A stretch of 64,000 bases of DNA from a bacterium (GTDB taxonomy: Bacteria; RBG-13-61-14; DATKZS01). The stretch is from assembly GCA_963674965.2 (NCBI GenBank), contig CAXXFL010000001.1, forward strand, positions 1,120,001-1,184,000. Direction: 5' to 3'. The first letter of the stretch is position 1; every line of letters begins with the position of its first letter. Positions 1 through 9,695 of the stretch are shown here, piece by piece. A program made the position numbers and the translations under genes. The notes beneath the pieces are model-generated. The model did not search any database. It saw only the letters and a list, made by a program, of their open reading frames with translations, and was not told where the DNA came from.

Positions 1-262
1 TCACCGCCGCGCCGTGGCCGCCACCCGCGGCCAGGTGAAGAGCGGACTGGCCGGCCAGGTCACGGGCGCCGATCTTGGCCCTGGTGTCCAGAAGCACCCG
101 GAGTATCTCGGGGTCGCCCCCCATCGACGCCAGATGGAGGGGCGTAAGACCGCGGCCGTCCCTGGCGTCGACCGCCTCGGGGTCTTTAAGCATGACCTTG
201 GCGGCCTCGAGGTCTCCCTTTTCGATCGCCTCATGAAGCGATATGTTCTCTTCCATATTCAT
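1..262 (-). CDS. Ankyrin-repeat protein (partial, runs off the left edge)
   Basis: Manual translation from ATG at 262: MNMEENISLHEAIEKGDLEAAKVMLKDPEAVDARDGRGLTPLHLASMGGDPEILRVLLDTRAKIGARDLAGQSALHLAARGGH. Contains G-x-TPLH/SALH ankyrin motifs. Not in the ORF track. Confidence 0.9.
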   Translation of the reverse strand, partial: MNMEENISLHEAIEKGDLEAAKVMLKDPEAVDARDGRGLTPLHLASMGGDPEILRVLLDTRAKIGARDLAGQSALHLAAGGGHGAAV

Positions 263-355
263 AAATGAGTTACGATCGCGAGCGCAATATTAGATTAACC
301 GCAAATAAAGAACCCTTCCAGGAAAAATACGGTCGGGTAAATTAAAGGGACGGTA

Positions 356-1882
356 TTATCGCTCGAGCGCCTTTTCAAGAGAGGTGGCCCAGATAACGTC
401 GCTTCGGCCGTCCACCATGGCGATCACGTCTCCCCTGATGGCGATGTCCCGGGTCCGCCATCTCGGCGCGGCTATCTTCTCGTCGATTCCCGCCCGGATG
501 TATTTCCCGCCCAGCGCCCGCTCCGGGTCGATGACGTAAATAAGGTCGTCGCCAAGCGAGCCGTTGATCTCGAAAAGCCTTTTGCCGTCCGTGGCCAGTC
601 CCCTCGAGAAGCCGGCGTTCCGATACCACGCCACCACGGCGTCCGAGGCGTCCCCCTTGGCGAAGGCCTTCTCGTAGTCCACCACGATGGTCTTGTAAAG
701 GTGCATGTACTCGCTGATCAGCATGCGCCTGGTCCCGTTTAGCTCGACGAACTCGCAGGCCACGGGCGCGTCGAGGGTCGCGTCGAAGCTCCGGTTGATC
801 GCGGCTATCTTTCTTTCAAGACTATGGGCCACGTCGATCTCGAAGACGCTTCTCGAGAGGCGGTCGGTGATGTAGAGCATGTCTCCCAGCGTGGCCGCGC
901 CGTGTTGCCGGTGCATGGCGAAAGGAATCCGGAAGGAACCCTCGAGCCTCAGCCTTTGCATGGGACCCCTCACGTGATAGATGGTCGCGAAACTGAGTTC
1001 CCGATCGAAGGCCGACACCAGCCAGCCGTCCTTATACCCAGCCACGGCCCAGGGGTTTTCGTTCTCCTTTAAAAAATACAGATCCGAGCTTTTCTCCCAT
1101 TTCGGCTTGACGTCGGGGAACTCGACCATGGCCACGATCTGGGTGTAGGCGCCGAGGAATAAAAGAACGGCCACCACCGAGGCCGGGATAAAAAAGTTGA
1201 GTGGACGCCAGAACTCGGGCGGCTTTCCTCCTTCCCGCCTTATGGTTCTCTCCTGCTCCATGATCTTGGGCAGGTCGTACTTCCAGTTGAAGCCGCGCTT
1301 GAGACGGAGGAAGCTCTGGACCGCCGAGAAGGTCATGACCGCGCAAAATATGGGGATGAGAAAAGGCGCCAGGTTCAGCCCGGTAAAGGCCCAGACCATA
1401 TACATGCCGTAGACGATGTACTTGCTCCGGAAGATGTACTGCATGGGTATGCCCTGAGCGTTCTGGATAACGCTGAAGGCTATCATCACCACGTAGACCA
1501 CGATATAGTAGGCGCCTATCTGCCCGTCAACCATGTCGTAATGGATAAAGCCGAGCATGATGACGATCATGCCAAGCTGGTCGACCACCACGTCGGTAAA
1601 GGCGCCCGCCTGGGTCGGCCGGTTAAGATACCTGGCGTAGGCCCCGTCTATGCCGTCGAAGACCACGTATAGCAAAATAAAAAGAAAGGCCCGGTGCGGA
1701 TGCGACACGAACCAGACGACCACGCCCGTGAGCAGCGCGAGGCCCGTGTAGGAGATGGCGTCGGGCTTGATATGAAGGCGGACGAACGCCCTGCCCATCC
1801 ATCCGAAAAGACGGTTCTTGATCTCGTTGGCGCGCTTGGCGCCTTCCCGCTCGGAATCGGTAAAGGTATTGAAAAATGAAAT
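356..1882 (-). CDS. CDP-alcohol phosphatidyltransferase fused to a C-terminal soluble (propeller-like) domain; start possibly ATT 1882 (first ATG 1798)
   Basis: DGIDGAYAR..TQAGAFTDVVVD signature, several TM helices, then ~250 aa beta-rich domain. The frame is open upstream to an ATT 6 nt after GGGAGG. Confidence 0.8.
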   Translation of the reverse strand: MSFFNTFTDSEREGAKRANEIKNRLFGWMGRAFVRLHIKPDAISYTGLALLTGVVVWFVSHPHRAFLFILLYVVFDGIDGAYARYLNRPTQAGAFTDVVVDQLGMIVIMLGFIHYDMVDGQIGAYYIVVYVVMIAFSVIQNAQGIPMQYIFRSKYIVYGMYMVWAFTGLNLAPFLIPIFCAVMTFSAVQSFLRLKRGFNWKYDLPKIMEQERTIRREGGKPPEFWRPLNFFIPASVVAVLLFLGAYTQIVAMVEFPDVKPKWEKSSDLYFLKENENPWAVAGYKDGWLVSAFDRELSFATIYHVRGPMQRLRLEGSFRIPFAMHRQHGAATLGDMLYITDRLSRSVFEIDVAHSLERKIAAINRSFDATLDAPVACEFVELNGTRRMLISEYMHLYKTIVVDYEKAFAKGDASDAVVAWYRNAGFSRGLATDGKRLFEINGSLGDDLIYVIDPERALGGKYIRAGIDEKIAAPRWRTRDIAIRGDVIAMVDGRSDVIWATSLEKALER

Positions 1883-1932
1883 GGCGGACCTCCCCCCGGC
1901 CCAGTCTGGCGCCGCGGCGCTATATCAGCCGG

Positions 1933-2352
1933 CTATTCGCCGACGATCTGCACGATAACCTCTCTTCTTCTCGCGCGGTTGTCGTGATCCATCAGCACTA
2001 TCTGCTGCCACGTGCCCAGCATAAGGCGGCCGCCCGAAAAGGGGACCGCGAAGCCCGCGCCGGTCAGGGCCGCCCGGACGTGAGAGAAGCCGTTCCCGTC
2101 GTGCCACCTCAGGTTGTGCTTGTATTCCCGGTCCGCGCCGGCTATTTCCTCGAGGGCCCGCTTCAGGTCGGCCACGGCCCCGCTCTCGTACTCGATGGTG
2201 GTTATGCCCGCGGTCGAGCCGCCCACGAAGGCCAGGCAGATGCCCGACTCGAGTCCCGACTCGGAGACGGCGCCCGCCACCTGGCCCGTGATATCGATAA
2301 TGTCCGAGAAGCCCTTGCCCTCGACCTCGAACGTTTTCGTGACCACCGCCAC
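1933..2352 (-). CDS. yjbQ: YjbQ/UPF0047 family (secondary thiamine-phosphate synthase-like)
   Basis: STAGITTIEYE, Y.HN...DGNGFSHVRA and LGTWQQI motifs; GTG start after AAGGAGG. Confidence 0.9.
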   Translation of the reverse strand: MAVVTKTFEVEGKGFSDIIDITGQVAGAVSESGLESGICLAFVGGSTAGITTIEYESGAVADLKRALEEIAGADREYKHNLRWHDGNGFSHVRAALTGAGFAVPFSGGRLMLGTWQQIVLMDHDNRARRREVIVQIVGE

Positions 2353-2369
2353 GGCCGCCTCCTTGAAAA

Positions 2370-3593
2370 CTAGCCGAATATCTTGCGGTCGAACAGGCCC
2401 GCGTTGACCACCTCGCCCTTCATGACCGTGTACTCGGGAAAAATCCGTTTGTCCGTCTTGCGCTTTTGCCTCTTCACGTCCTCGCAGACGAAGTCGCCGG
2501 TCTCCACTTTAAACACCGTCATGGTGGCCTCCGATCCGACCTTGATCTCACGCTCGAGCCCGAGGAACTGGGCCGGCTTGGAGCTCGCCTTGTACATTAT
2601 GTCCTCGAGCGGAACGCCCAGGGTCAGGAATTGGGTGAGCACGTTGGCGAAGGTCCTGGCGTAAAGCCTGGTGGTAAGAATATACAGATCGGAACTGATG
2701 GTAAAGTCGTCGAAGCCCTGGTCAAGGGCGCTTTCGGCCGCCTCGAACTGGAAGCTGCCCATGCCGTGACCCACGTCGAACCGGACTCCCCTGGCCTTGG
2801 CCTCCTTGACCGCGTCAAGCAGCTTGAGGTCCTCGCCGACCACAGAGTTCTCGATGGGCCGGAAGCAATGGGTGATGAAGTCGCCTTCCTTGAGATAGGG
2901 AAGGACCTCGGGCAGGGCGGGAGGCGGCGAGCCGATGTGGATCATGAGGGGAAGACCGAAACGGTCGCCCGCCTCACGGCATTTACGCAAGTAATAGAGC
3001 CGGTCCTTCCTGGGCGTCACCTGATGGTCGGCCCGGAACTTGATTCCCACGATCCTGTCCCTGTTTTGCTCGATCACCTTTTCCATGGCCGGGATATCGT
3101 CCCATCCCGTACGGGTCATATAGAAGTCGGTCAGCTTGATGCCGCCCCTGGCTATGTAGATGAAGGCGTAACAGGGGACCTCGTCGCTGCCCTCGGCCGC
3201 CTTAACGAGACGGTTGAAATTGTCCACGCCCGTGGTGCCGGCGTCGACCATGCCCGTCACTCCCAGCTTGGTCCCCAGCCGCTTGATGGGCGAGCCGGCC
3301 GTCTTTCCTTCCCTCCAGCTCACGTAATGCACGTGAAGGTCCACCCAGCCGGGGGAGGCGTACAACTCGCCGCCGCCCCGCGTGGTCCTTGCCCCGGAAA
3401 GGGTACCCGGCTCGGCAATGGCCGAGATGACCCCGTTGTCCACGCCCACGTCGCGGCGCGCGAACTTGCCGTCCACCAGGGCCATCACGTCGCTGAGCAC
3501 CAACTCATGAGCGTTCCCCGCCCGGCCGACCGCGCCAAGTCCCATTACGGCCGCCCCCGCCGCGGCGGAGCCCACGAATTTTCTTCTGTCCAT
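2370..3593 (-). CDS. Tat-exported amidohydrolase/deacetylase (dihydroorotase-like metallohydrolase)
   Basis: MDRRKFV Tat motif; PGWVDLHVH, DAGTTG, GIKFR, MIHIG, THCF, DVGHG and ISSD motifs. Confidence 0.85.
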   Translation of the reverse strand: MDRRKFVGSAAAGAAVMGLGAVGRAGNAHELVLSDVMALVDGKFARRDVGVDNGVISAIAEPGTLSGARTTRGGGELYASPGWVDLHVHYVSWREGKTAGSPIKRLGTKLGVTGMVDAGTTGVDNFNRLVKAAEGSDEVPCYAFIYIARGGIKLTDFYMTRTGWDDIPAMEKVIEQNRDRIVGIKFRADHQVTPRKDRLYYLRKCREAGDRFGLPLMIHIGSPPPALPEVLPYLKEGDFITHCFRPIENSVVGEDLKLLDAVKEAKARGVRFDVGHGMGSFQFEAAESALDQGFDDFTISSDLYILTTRLYARTFANVLTQFLTLGVPLEDIMYKASSKPAQFLGLEREIKVGSEATMTVFKVETGDFVCEDVKRQKRKTDKRIFPEYTVMKGEVVNAGLFDRKIFG

Positions 3594-3633
3594 TTATCGT
3601 CCTCCATTTTTCCCCCATTACAGGGCGACGCGA

Positions 3634-5625
3634 TCATTCGACGATCCTTTTAGCGTTCCTGAAGTCGAGGGTCATCGAGAGGCCCGCGTGATTCACCTCG
3701 ATTAAGTCCGAGTAGCGCTCGGCCGAGACGTAAGGATTATAGTAGCGCTTATTCCTTATTAATGGAATTTCCCGGCCGTCCACCTTGAAAGGTCCGGTCC
3801 AGGCGAACTCGACCGCGCCGAGGGAGGGACTTTCATAGCGAAGGTCCGTTCCCTCCACCTTGAGGTTGGCGCTCGAGACCCGGTCCATGAAATCCTCGAA
3901 GGTCCCGTTTTCCGCCTCCCGGCCCATCTCGATCAGCCAGACGTTCACCATGCCGGGCGCGACCAGTTCCGATTCCTTGCCCCTCTCGGCGCCTTTCCAT
4001 TTTGTTTTTCGTTTCGAGTAAAGCGCCGCGTAGGCCTTGTCCTTTTTCGCGAAGGTCCAGTTTCCCATCCGCTCGACCCGGTCGAAGGCCGCCCGCGGAA
4101 ACCAGGCGTGGGTCATCCGATATCTCCACGTCTCGCCGATGGCCGGCGTGGAAGGCGGGTTATAGATGGCCACCAGTACGTTTTTGTACTGCGCGGCCCT
4201 GGGTCCCGCTCCGTTGCCGTTCCAATAGGAAGGCTTCTTTCCCGCCAGTACCTTGCCCGGGTGCTGGGTGAAGATCACCGCGTCGGGGCCCATGCCGGCG
4301 GTCCAGACGAGATTCTGGGCCATGATCTCGCCGGGCCTCCAGTCCAGCAGGCACGACAGAATATAATCCGGCGTCCGGTAGGTATAGGTATGAGCGTCAT
4401 GCAAATAGGCCCCGTCCGTGGCCAACCGGGCGGCGAAGACGTCGTCGAGCCATCCGGCCTTGTCGGCCAGGACCCCGAGCCTAGCCATGCCCATGAAGAA
4501 GGCGTTGTCGTAAAGCTTCCATTCCCGCCACATTTTCGCGGTCACCGCGGCGGTCTTTTCGTGCGCGTACATTCCCATGCCCCAATAGAGCATGCCGTTG
4601 TCAACGTCGGTCAGGGACTCTCCCATTTCCTCGGCCTGGTTCACGTTAAAGCCGTGGGCCTGGTAATTCTCGTAGGTGGCCTCATCGTCCAGGGCTATCG
4701 AGACCACCGCCGCCGCCGGCCGGTAGCCGGAGGTGGCCAGGGCAACGGCGTCCTTGCTGGCCCTGGGCGGCTCCAATAATACGTCCGGGCGTCCGAACAG
4801 AATATAGAAGGCCCGCCGATTGTCGTCTCCCCTCGCCGTTGTCACCTGCTTCCTGCTCGTCCTGCCATGGGTGCAGATGAAGTTGCCCTTAAATGAATTC
4901 AGGGCCATGTTAAGGGCCAACTGGTCCAGGGCCATGGCCGCCCGGACCCTCATCTCGGGATCGGGCGCGAAGTCGTAAACGTTGGCCAGGGCGAAGATAT
5001 CCTCGGTGTAATAGATGTTCGAGAACCACTCGGAGAAACCGTAACGCTCCCGCCGGTCGAACCACCTCTCGAGCAGCCGCTTGCCCTTTTCCCGGTGCTC
5101 GGCGCCGGTCATGCCGGAGTTGGAAAAGGTCCGGTCCGGGTACAAGGCCCCGGCCAGGTACTCGGCTCCGTTAAAGAGTACCTGGTGGTTTTCGGACCAG
5201 TAGCACATGCTGTCCTTGCCCGGCTCGTCGATCCAGAACTTGAAATCCAGGATGGACCGCTCGAGGGCTTCCCTCCCGTCGGCCGGCAAGCGGGGGTCGT
5301 CGCCGTAAAGATACATGAGCCTCAACATGCCGGCCATGATGAAATCCGAGCAATCGAGCCTCGAGTTGACGTGAATAAGGTTGGCCTCGAGGGCCGACTT
5401 GCGAACGGGCCTGTCAGTGGACAGAAGGGCCAAGGCGCCGAAGGCCCCTTTTACGTCGCCGGGAAGACTTTCAAGGTAGGCCCTGCTCCTCGACTCGTAA
5501 TCGGCTTCCTCAAGAGGCCCGGCGGCCGCGCAAAAAAGAGCGGGCAATATAAGAACCAGCGCCGGCAAGACGCGTTTAAAGCCGTTGCAAAAAGCGGGCA
5601 AGGGACCTCCCATTTTTTCGACCAC
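3634..5625 (-). CDS. Secreted hypothetical protein, possibly heparinase II/III-like fold (WSENH motif)
   Basis: Signal peptide, YWSENHQ motif, helical N-terminal half and beta-rich C-terminal half; function not assignable. Confidence 0.55.
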   Translation of the reverse strand: MVEKMGGPLPAFCNGFKRVLPALVLILPALFCAAAGPLEEADYESRSRAYLESLPGDVKGAFGALALLSTDRPVRKSALEANLIHVNSRLDCSDFIMAGMLRLMYLYGDDPRLPADGREALERSILDFKFWIDEPGKDSMCYWSENHQVLFNGAEYLAGALYPDRTFSNSGMTGAEHREKGKRLLERWFDRRERYGFSEWFSNIYYTEDIFALANVYDFAPDPEMRVRAAMALDQLALNMALNSFKGNFICTHGRTSRKQVTTARGDDNRRAFYILFGRPDVLLEPPRASKDAVALATSGYRPAAAVVSIALDDEATYENYQAHGFNVNQAEEMGESLTDVDNGMLYWGMGMYAHEKTAAVTAKMWREWKLYDNAFFMGMARLGVLADKAGWLDDVFAARLATDGAYLHDAHTYTYRTPDYILSCLLDWRPGEIMAQNLVWTAGMGPDAVIFTQHPGKVLAGKKPSYWNGNGAGPRAAQYKNVLVAIYNPPSTPAIGETWRYRMTHAWFPRAAFDRVERMGNWTFAKKDKAYAALYSKRKTKWKGAERGKESELVAPGMVNVWLIEMGREAENGTFEDFMDRVSSANLKVEGTDLRYESPSLGAVEFAWTGPFKVDGREIPLIRNKRYYNPYVSAERYSDLIEVNHAGLSMTLDFRNAKRIVE

Positions 5626-5635
5626 GCCTCGCCGA

Positions 5636-8278
5636 TCAGTTGGGCTCGAGGGTAAGATGGTAAGCGGCCTCGGCCTTGACCCTCTCCGGGTCCATGGTCG
5701 CGGTGACGTACTCGCCGTTGACGTACATCTCGTGCATGTCGCGGTAATGGGGCGAGAGCCACTGCCCGGACTCGGAGCCGTCGATAATCATGAGCGCGTT
5801 GTCCGGGTCTCCCATGTCCATGATGTGTCTCAGCACCGGTCCGCCCATGGTCTTCCAGGGGTTCTTGCCGAAGCCGGCCGTGCTCGCGTTACGAACGGTC
5901 TGGTCCGCGCCCAGGTGCGGATATGGCCCGACGGAAAGCTCGGAAAGCGGCCCCCACCCGAGCGGATGATACCACTTGATGGTATGCAACTTGCCCCACT
6001 CGCGGCTCGAGGGGTCCTTACCGTACTTCTTCTCCACCTTCTTCATGGCGTCGTGAAGAGACTTGACGATTATATCGTTCGCGTCCTCGACGACGTCCCC
6101 GGTGCGCTTGTCGTCGAAAAAGGGAGACTCGCCGGCCTCGACCCACATGGTCACCGCGTCGTCAAGACGGCCGCCCGCCAAAAATGCCTTGTAGTCGCGA
6201 GCGGGCATCTCGTCCTCCAGGGTGTTCCTTCTCAGCTCCTTGATGAAGGTGAAAAAGATGGACGGGGCCGTCGCGTCGTGATCGGCCATGAAGTCCCAAT
6301 TCCTCAGTTCCTCGGCGGCCTTTAATACCAGCTCGTCGTCGGGCGACTTGGCCTCGACCGCCTTAAGTATATAGGGGACCTCCCACTCGGCCCGTTTTAC
6401 CAGCACGTCATTCTGAATCCTGACCATGTCGTCCACGTCGAGCGGCTTTAGCTCGTCGATCAACTCCTCGATCCTCCATGCCCTCCAGCCGTCCCCATAG
6501 TTGGTGGCGAAGACGTAAGGATACCACTCCGCGTCGACCACCTCGTTGTTGGCCGTGACCATGAAGCCGCGTTCGGGATTCACGGCCATGGGCAGCTCGT
6601 TCACCGGGATAAACCCGGTCCAGTCGTATTCTCCCGTCTCGCCCGGCGCCGGCATGACGCCCAGGCCCTTTTTCCGTATCGGTACCAGGCCGCCCGGCAC
6701 GTAGGCGATGCGTCCGTCCGCGTCGGCGGCGACCCAGCTCTGGTTGGGCACGACCAAAAGGTCCATGGCCTCGATGAAGTCGTCCACCGACTCGGCCGCG
6801 CACAGCTTGTTATACATGGCCGCGAAATGCCGTATCTTCACGTTCTCCCGCGGGATGGTCCTGAACTTGACCATGAACTCCTCGACGCTTTTCGAGCTCA
6901 CCGCCGCATGGAAAACCTCGAGGTTGGTATCGAAGTCCCATCCCGTCCAGCGCATGGCGATGGGGGGAGTACCGCGGGGAAGCTTGCCCGCTATATCGTT
7001 GATGATCGGGCCGTGTACGCTGTGCCTTATCTTAACCACCCGGTTTTGCGTCCGCGACCCAACCCTGACCTTAATAATCTCCTCCCTCACGGTGAAGGGC
7101 AGCCACTGGCCCTTGTAGCGATACATGCCGGGCCGGTCGGGGCTGGTCGTCTCGATGAACAGGTCCTGCACGTCGGCGGCGGTGGTGGTGGCGCCCCACG
7201 AGAGCTTGCGCGTGTGGCCGAGAACGGGGTAGGGACTGAGAGGAAAGGCCACGCCATAACAGTCGAACTTGCCGCCCTTGATCCGCATCATGTAAAAGAG
7301 CGAGGGCTCGATATGGGCCAGGTGCGGGTCGTTGCACAAGATGGGAGAGCCTTTCTCAGTGAGCTTGCCCGACACCACCCAGTTGTTCGAGGCCAGAGGA
7401 TAATCGTGATGAAAGAAGCTTTTGATGGCAGAGTCGGCCAGGAGCAGGTCGAAGGCCGCGTCGGCGGAAAGAGGCAGGTCGTATCCCAACTCCTCGCTGG
7501 AGGGGGCCCCGCCGGGTGGAAGGTCCCTGGGACTATCGAGCCCGTTCCGCAGTATCTCGGGCGGCACGATGGTCGGTCCGGGCGAATAATGGAGCGGCAA
7601 TAGTTTCCATCCCAGCTCGGGACCGTACTTCTCGAACAGGCCGTACCTTAAAAGCTCGAGGTCCATGTTCGCCGCCAGCATGCTTCCGATAAACGCGCCC
7701 AGGCTGGCCAGGTCGGCGACCCGGAAGGGCTCGGGCTTCAGCCTCAGCACCTGGAACTCGAGGGGTAGCTCATCCCAGCTCTCGTGGGTCCTTATATACT
7801 CGTTGGCCCCCTCGCAGTAGGCGTTCAAGAGGTCGTAATTCTCGCGGTCGACCTCTCTTAGCATAGCCTCGCCCATCTCGCCCACCCACTTGAGACCCAT
7901 TATCCGCTGCCTTTTGTCCATCTCGAAAGTCCGGAGGGAAAAGCCGCTGATGCCTTGTCCCGGCACTCCCAGGTCCCCGAAAATCTCGGAGAGCCTTCCC
8001 TCGGCGATGGCCCGGAGCAGGGTCATCTCCCAGAGCCTGTCCTGGGCCTGCACGTATCCCACGGCGTAGAACAGGTCGCGCTCGTTGTCCGCGAATATAT
8101 GAGGAACGCCGCGCTCGTCGCGATATACGTTGACCTCCTTTTGCAGGCCCGACATGGACAGGGTCCCTTCATACTGGGCCAGGGGCGGGTCCTTTTCGTA
8201 TTTTCTGGCGGCCGAATAGCACCCGGCGAACGCGAAAAGCACGACAAGGGCGAGGGCCCGCTTTTGTTTCCAAGGCAT
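5636..8278 (-). CDS. Penicillin acylase / peptidase S45 family Ntn-hydrolase lipoprotein
   Basis: Lipobox FAGC; GVPHIFA, AQDRLWEM, ASNNW (catalytic Ser), NDPHL, TANN and GESG..SPHY.D motifs. Confidence 0.93.
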   Translation of the reverse strand: MPWKQKRALALVVLFAFAGCYSAARKYEKDPPLAQYEGTLSMSGLQKEVNVYRDERGVPHIFADNERDLFYAVGYVQAQDRLWEMTLLRAIAEGRLSEIFGDLGVPGQGISGFSLRTFEMDKRQRIMGLKWVGEMGEAMLREVDRENYDLLNAYCEGANEYIRTHESWDELPLEFQVLRLKPEPFRVADLASLGAFIGSMLAANMDLELLRYGLFEKYGPELGWKLLPLHYSPGPTIVPPEILRNGLDSPRDLPPGGAPSSEELGYDLPLSADAAFDLLLADSAIKSFFHHDYPLASNNWVVSGKLTEKGSPILCNDPHLAHIEPSLFYMMRIKGGKFDCYGVAFPLSPYPVLGHTRKLSWGATTTAADVQDLFIETTSPDRPGMYRYKGQWLPFTVREEIIKVRVGSRTQNRVVKIRHSVHGPIINDIAGKLPRGTPPIAMRWTGWDFDTNLEVFHAAVSSKSVEEFMVKFRTIPRENVKIRHFAAMYNKLCAAESVDDFIEAMDLLVVPNQSWVAADADGRIAYVPGGLVPIRKKGLGVMPAPGETGEYDWTGFIPVNELPMAVNPERGFMVTANNEVVDAEWYPYVFATNYGDGWRAWRIEELIDELKPLDVDDMVRIQNDVLVKRAEWEVPYILKAVEAKSPDDELVLKAAEELRNWDFMADHDATAPSIFFTFIKELRRNTLEDEMPARDYKAFLAGGRLDDAVTMWVEAGESPFFDDKRTGDVVEDANDIIVKSLHDAMKKVEKKYGKDPSSREWGKLHTIKWYHPLGWGPLSELSVGPYPHLGADQTVRNASTAGFGKNPWKTMGGPVLRHIMDMGDPDNALMIIDGSESGQWLSPHYRDMHEMYVNGEYVTATMDPERVKAEAAYHLTLEPN

Positions 8279-8364
8279 GTTTCCCTCCTATGCTGGTTTT
8301 TTAGCGAAACGAGACGGGACGGACGCGCGAACGAATCCGGTCGTGAAGCGGCGCTAATATCCGC

Positions 8365-9582
8365 TTACTCGCCGCAATCGAGCGGCACGTTGAATATCGA
8401 GACCGTCCCGGCCTTGTCGCCGGTGAGGATAAGGTCTATGTGGGCGTCGGCGCATCCCTTGGCCTCGGCGGAGAAGGTATAATCCACGCCGGCGGGAAGC
8501 GAAAGCTGGTATTCGCCCTTTGGGCCGCTTTCCACGCGGGTCACGATTTCACTTTTCCCTTTTTCCCTGACCAGGATGACCGCTCCGGACAGGGGCATGC
8601 AGGTCGTGAGGTCGCCTTGATCGAGGTCCCGCGGCTTGCAGGATTTTTTATCCACCACCTGCCCCTTGACGGAATGCATGGCCTGGTTCGACAGCTCGAG
8701 GGGTATGGCCACCGAGTAAATGTCCTCCAGGCCGTACCCCCCGGACCTGTTGCTGGCCAGATAGGCCAGGTCGCCCGAGGCCGGGATAGTAAAATAGATG
8801 TCGGCCATGGGAGTATTGATTATCTTGCCCATGTTGACGGGCTCGGAAAACTTGCCGTCCGCGAGAATGGAATAGAACACGTCGAAACCGCCCAGGCCCC
8901 CGTGTCCGTTCGAGCTGAAATAAAGCGTCTTTCCGTCCTGGTGCATCATCACGTGCAGTTCGTCGTCGGGCGTATTGACGGGCTCCTCGAGCCTCTGGGC
9001 GGGGCCCCACTTGCCGTCTTCAAAGTAGGACGCGAAAATGTCGAAGTCTTTTTTCTCCGTTCCTTCCCTGGGCCTGTCCGAGACAAAGTAAAGACTTTTC
9101 CCGTCATGGGAAACGGAGGCGTTCGAGTCCTTATAGATGGAATTTATCTCGGGTCCCATCCGCTCGACGTCGGCCCAGGGCTTGTCGGGGGACTCCCGCC
9201 TGGCGGTAAAGATATCGCAGATACCCGGCTGCTCAAGCTGGTCGCACCTGGTGAAGTACATGGTTTTCAGGTCCACGGAAATCGAGTCGGGCCCCTCGTG
9301 GTACTTGGTGTTGATCGGCGCTCCCAGGTTGACGGGCTCGGTCCATTGCCCATCGACCCTTCGCGAGGCCCACACGTCCTGGTTGCCCAATCCTCCTTCC
9401 CGGTCGGAGGTGTAGTAAAGCCAGTTGCCGTCGGCCGTGACTATTGGCCCGAAGTCGGAGTCGGGAGAATTGACGAGGGGCCCCAGGTTAACCGGCTCTT
9501 GTCCGAGGGCCGAGCCGGCGGCCCATAAGGCGAATAAAAAGACGAGTGAGCCGACGGTCCAGGGAAATGCAAAATCTTTCAT
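8365..9582 (-). CDS. PD40 (WD40-like) beta-propeller protein with carboxypeptidase-regulatory-like domain, no OmpA domain
   Basis: Signal peptide; repeated NLGP.VN..D..P....DG..LYF.SDR.GG.G..DI units; C-terminal V.GQVVD..PLSGA..G.Y.L.L. Confidence 0.85.
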   Translation of the reverse strand: MKDFAFPWTVGSLVFLFALWAAGSALGQEPVNLGPLVNSPDSDFGPIVTADGNWLYYTSDREGGLGNQDVWASRRVDGQWTEPVNLGAPINTKYHEGPDSISVDLKTMYFTRCDQLEQPGICDIFTARRESPDKPWADVERMGPEINSIYKDSNASVSHDGKSLYFVSDRPREGTEKKDFDIFASYFEDGKWGPAQRLEEPVNTPDDELHVMMHQDGKTLYFSSNGHGGLGGFDVFYSILADGKFSEPVNMGKIINTPMADIYFTIPASGDLAYLASNRSGGYGLEDIYSVAIPLELSNQAMHSVKGQVVDKKSCKPRDLDQGDLTTCMPLSGAVILVREKGKSEIVTRVESGPKGEYQLSLPAGVDYTFSAEAKGCADAHIDLILTGDKAGTVSIFNVPLDCGE

Positions 9583-9641
9583 CGCTCGTTCCTTTCCTTG
9601 CTCCGAGGCGCTCGAGCCCGCCGAGCGCCGCGCAAAGCGCC

Positions 9642-9674
9642 AATAAAAAGCGCGCGACCCCCTATGACCGCGCG
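9642..9674 (-). terminator. Rho-independent terminator after the AMIN-LysM gene
   Basis: Minus strand GCGCGCGG-TCATAGGGGG-TCGCGCGC followed by TTTTTATT. Confidence 0.6.
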
Positions 9675-9695
9675 CCGGCTCGATGTTATATCAAA

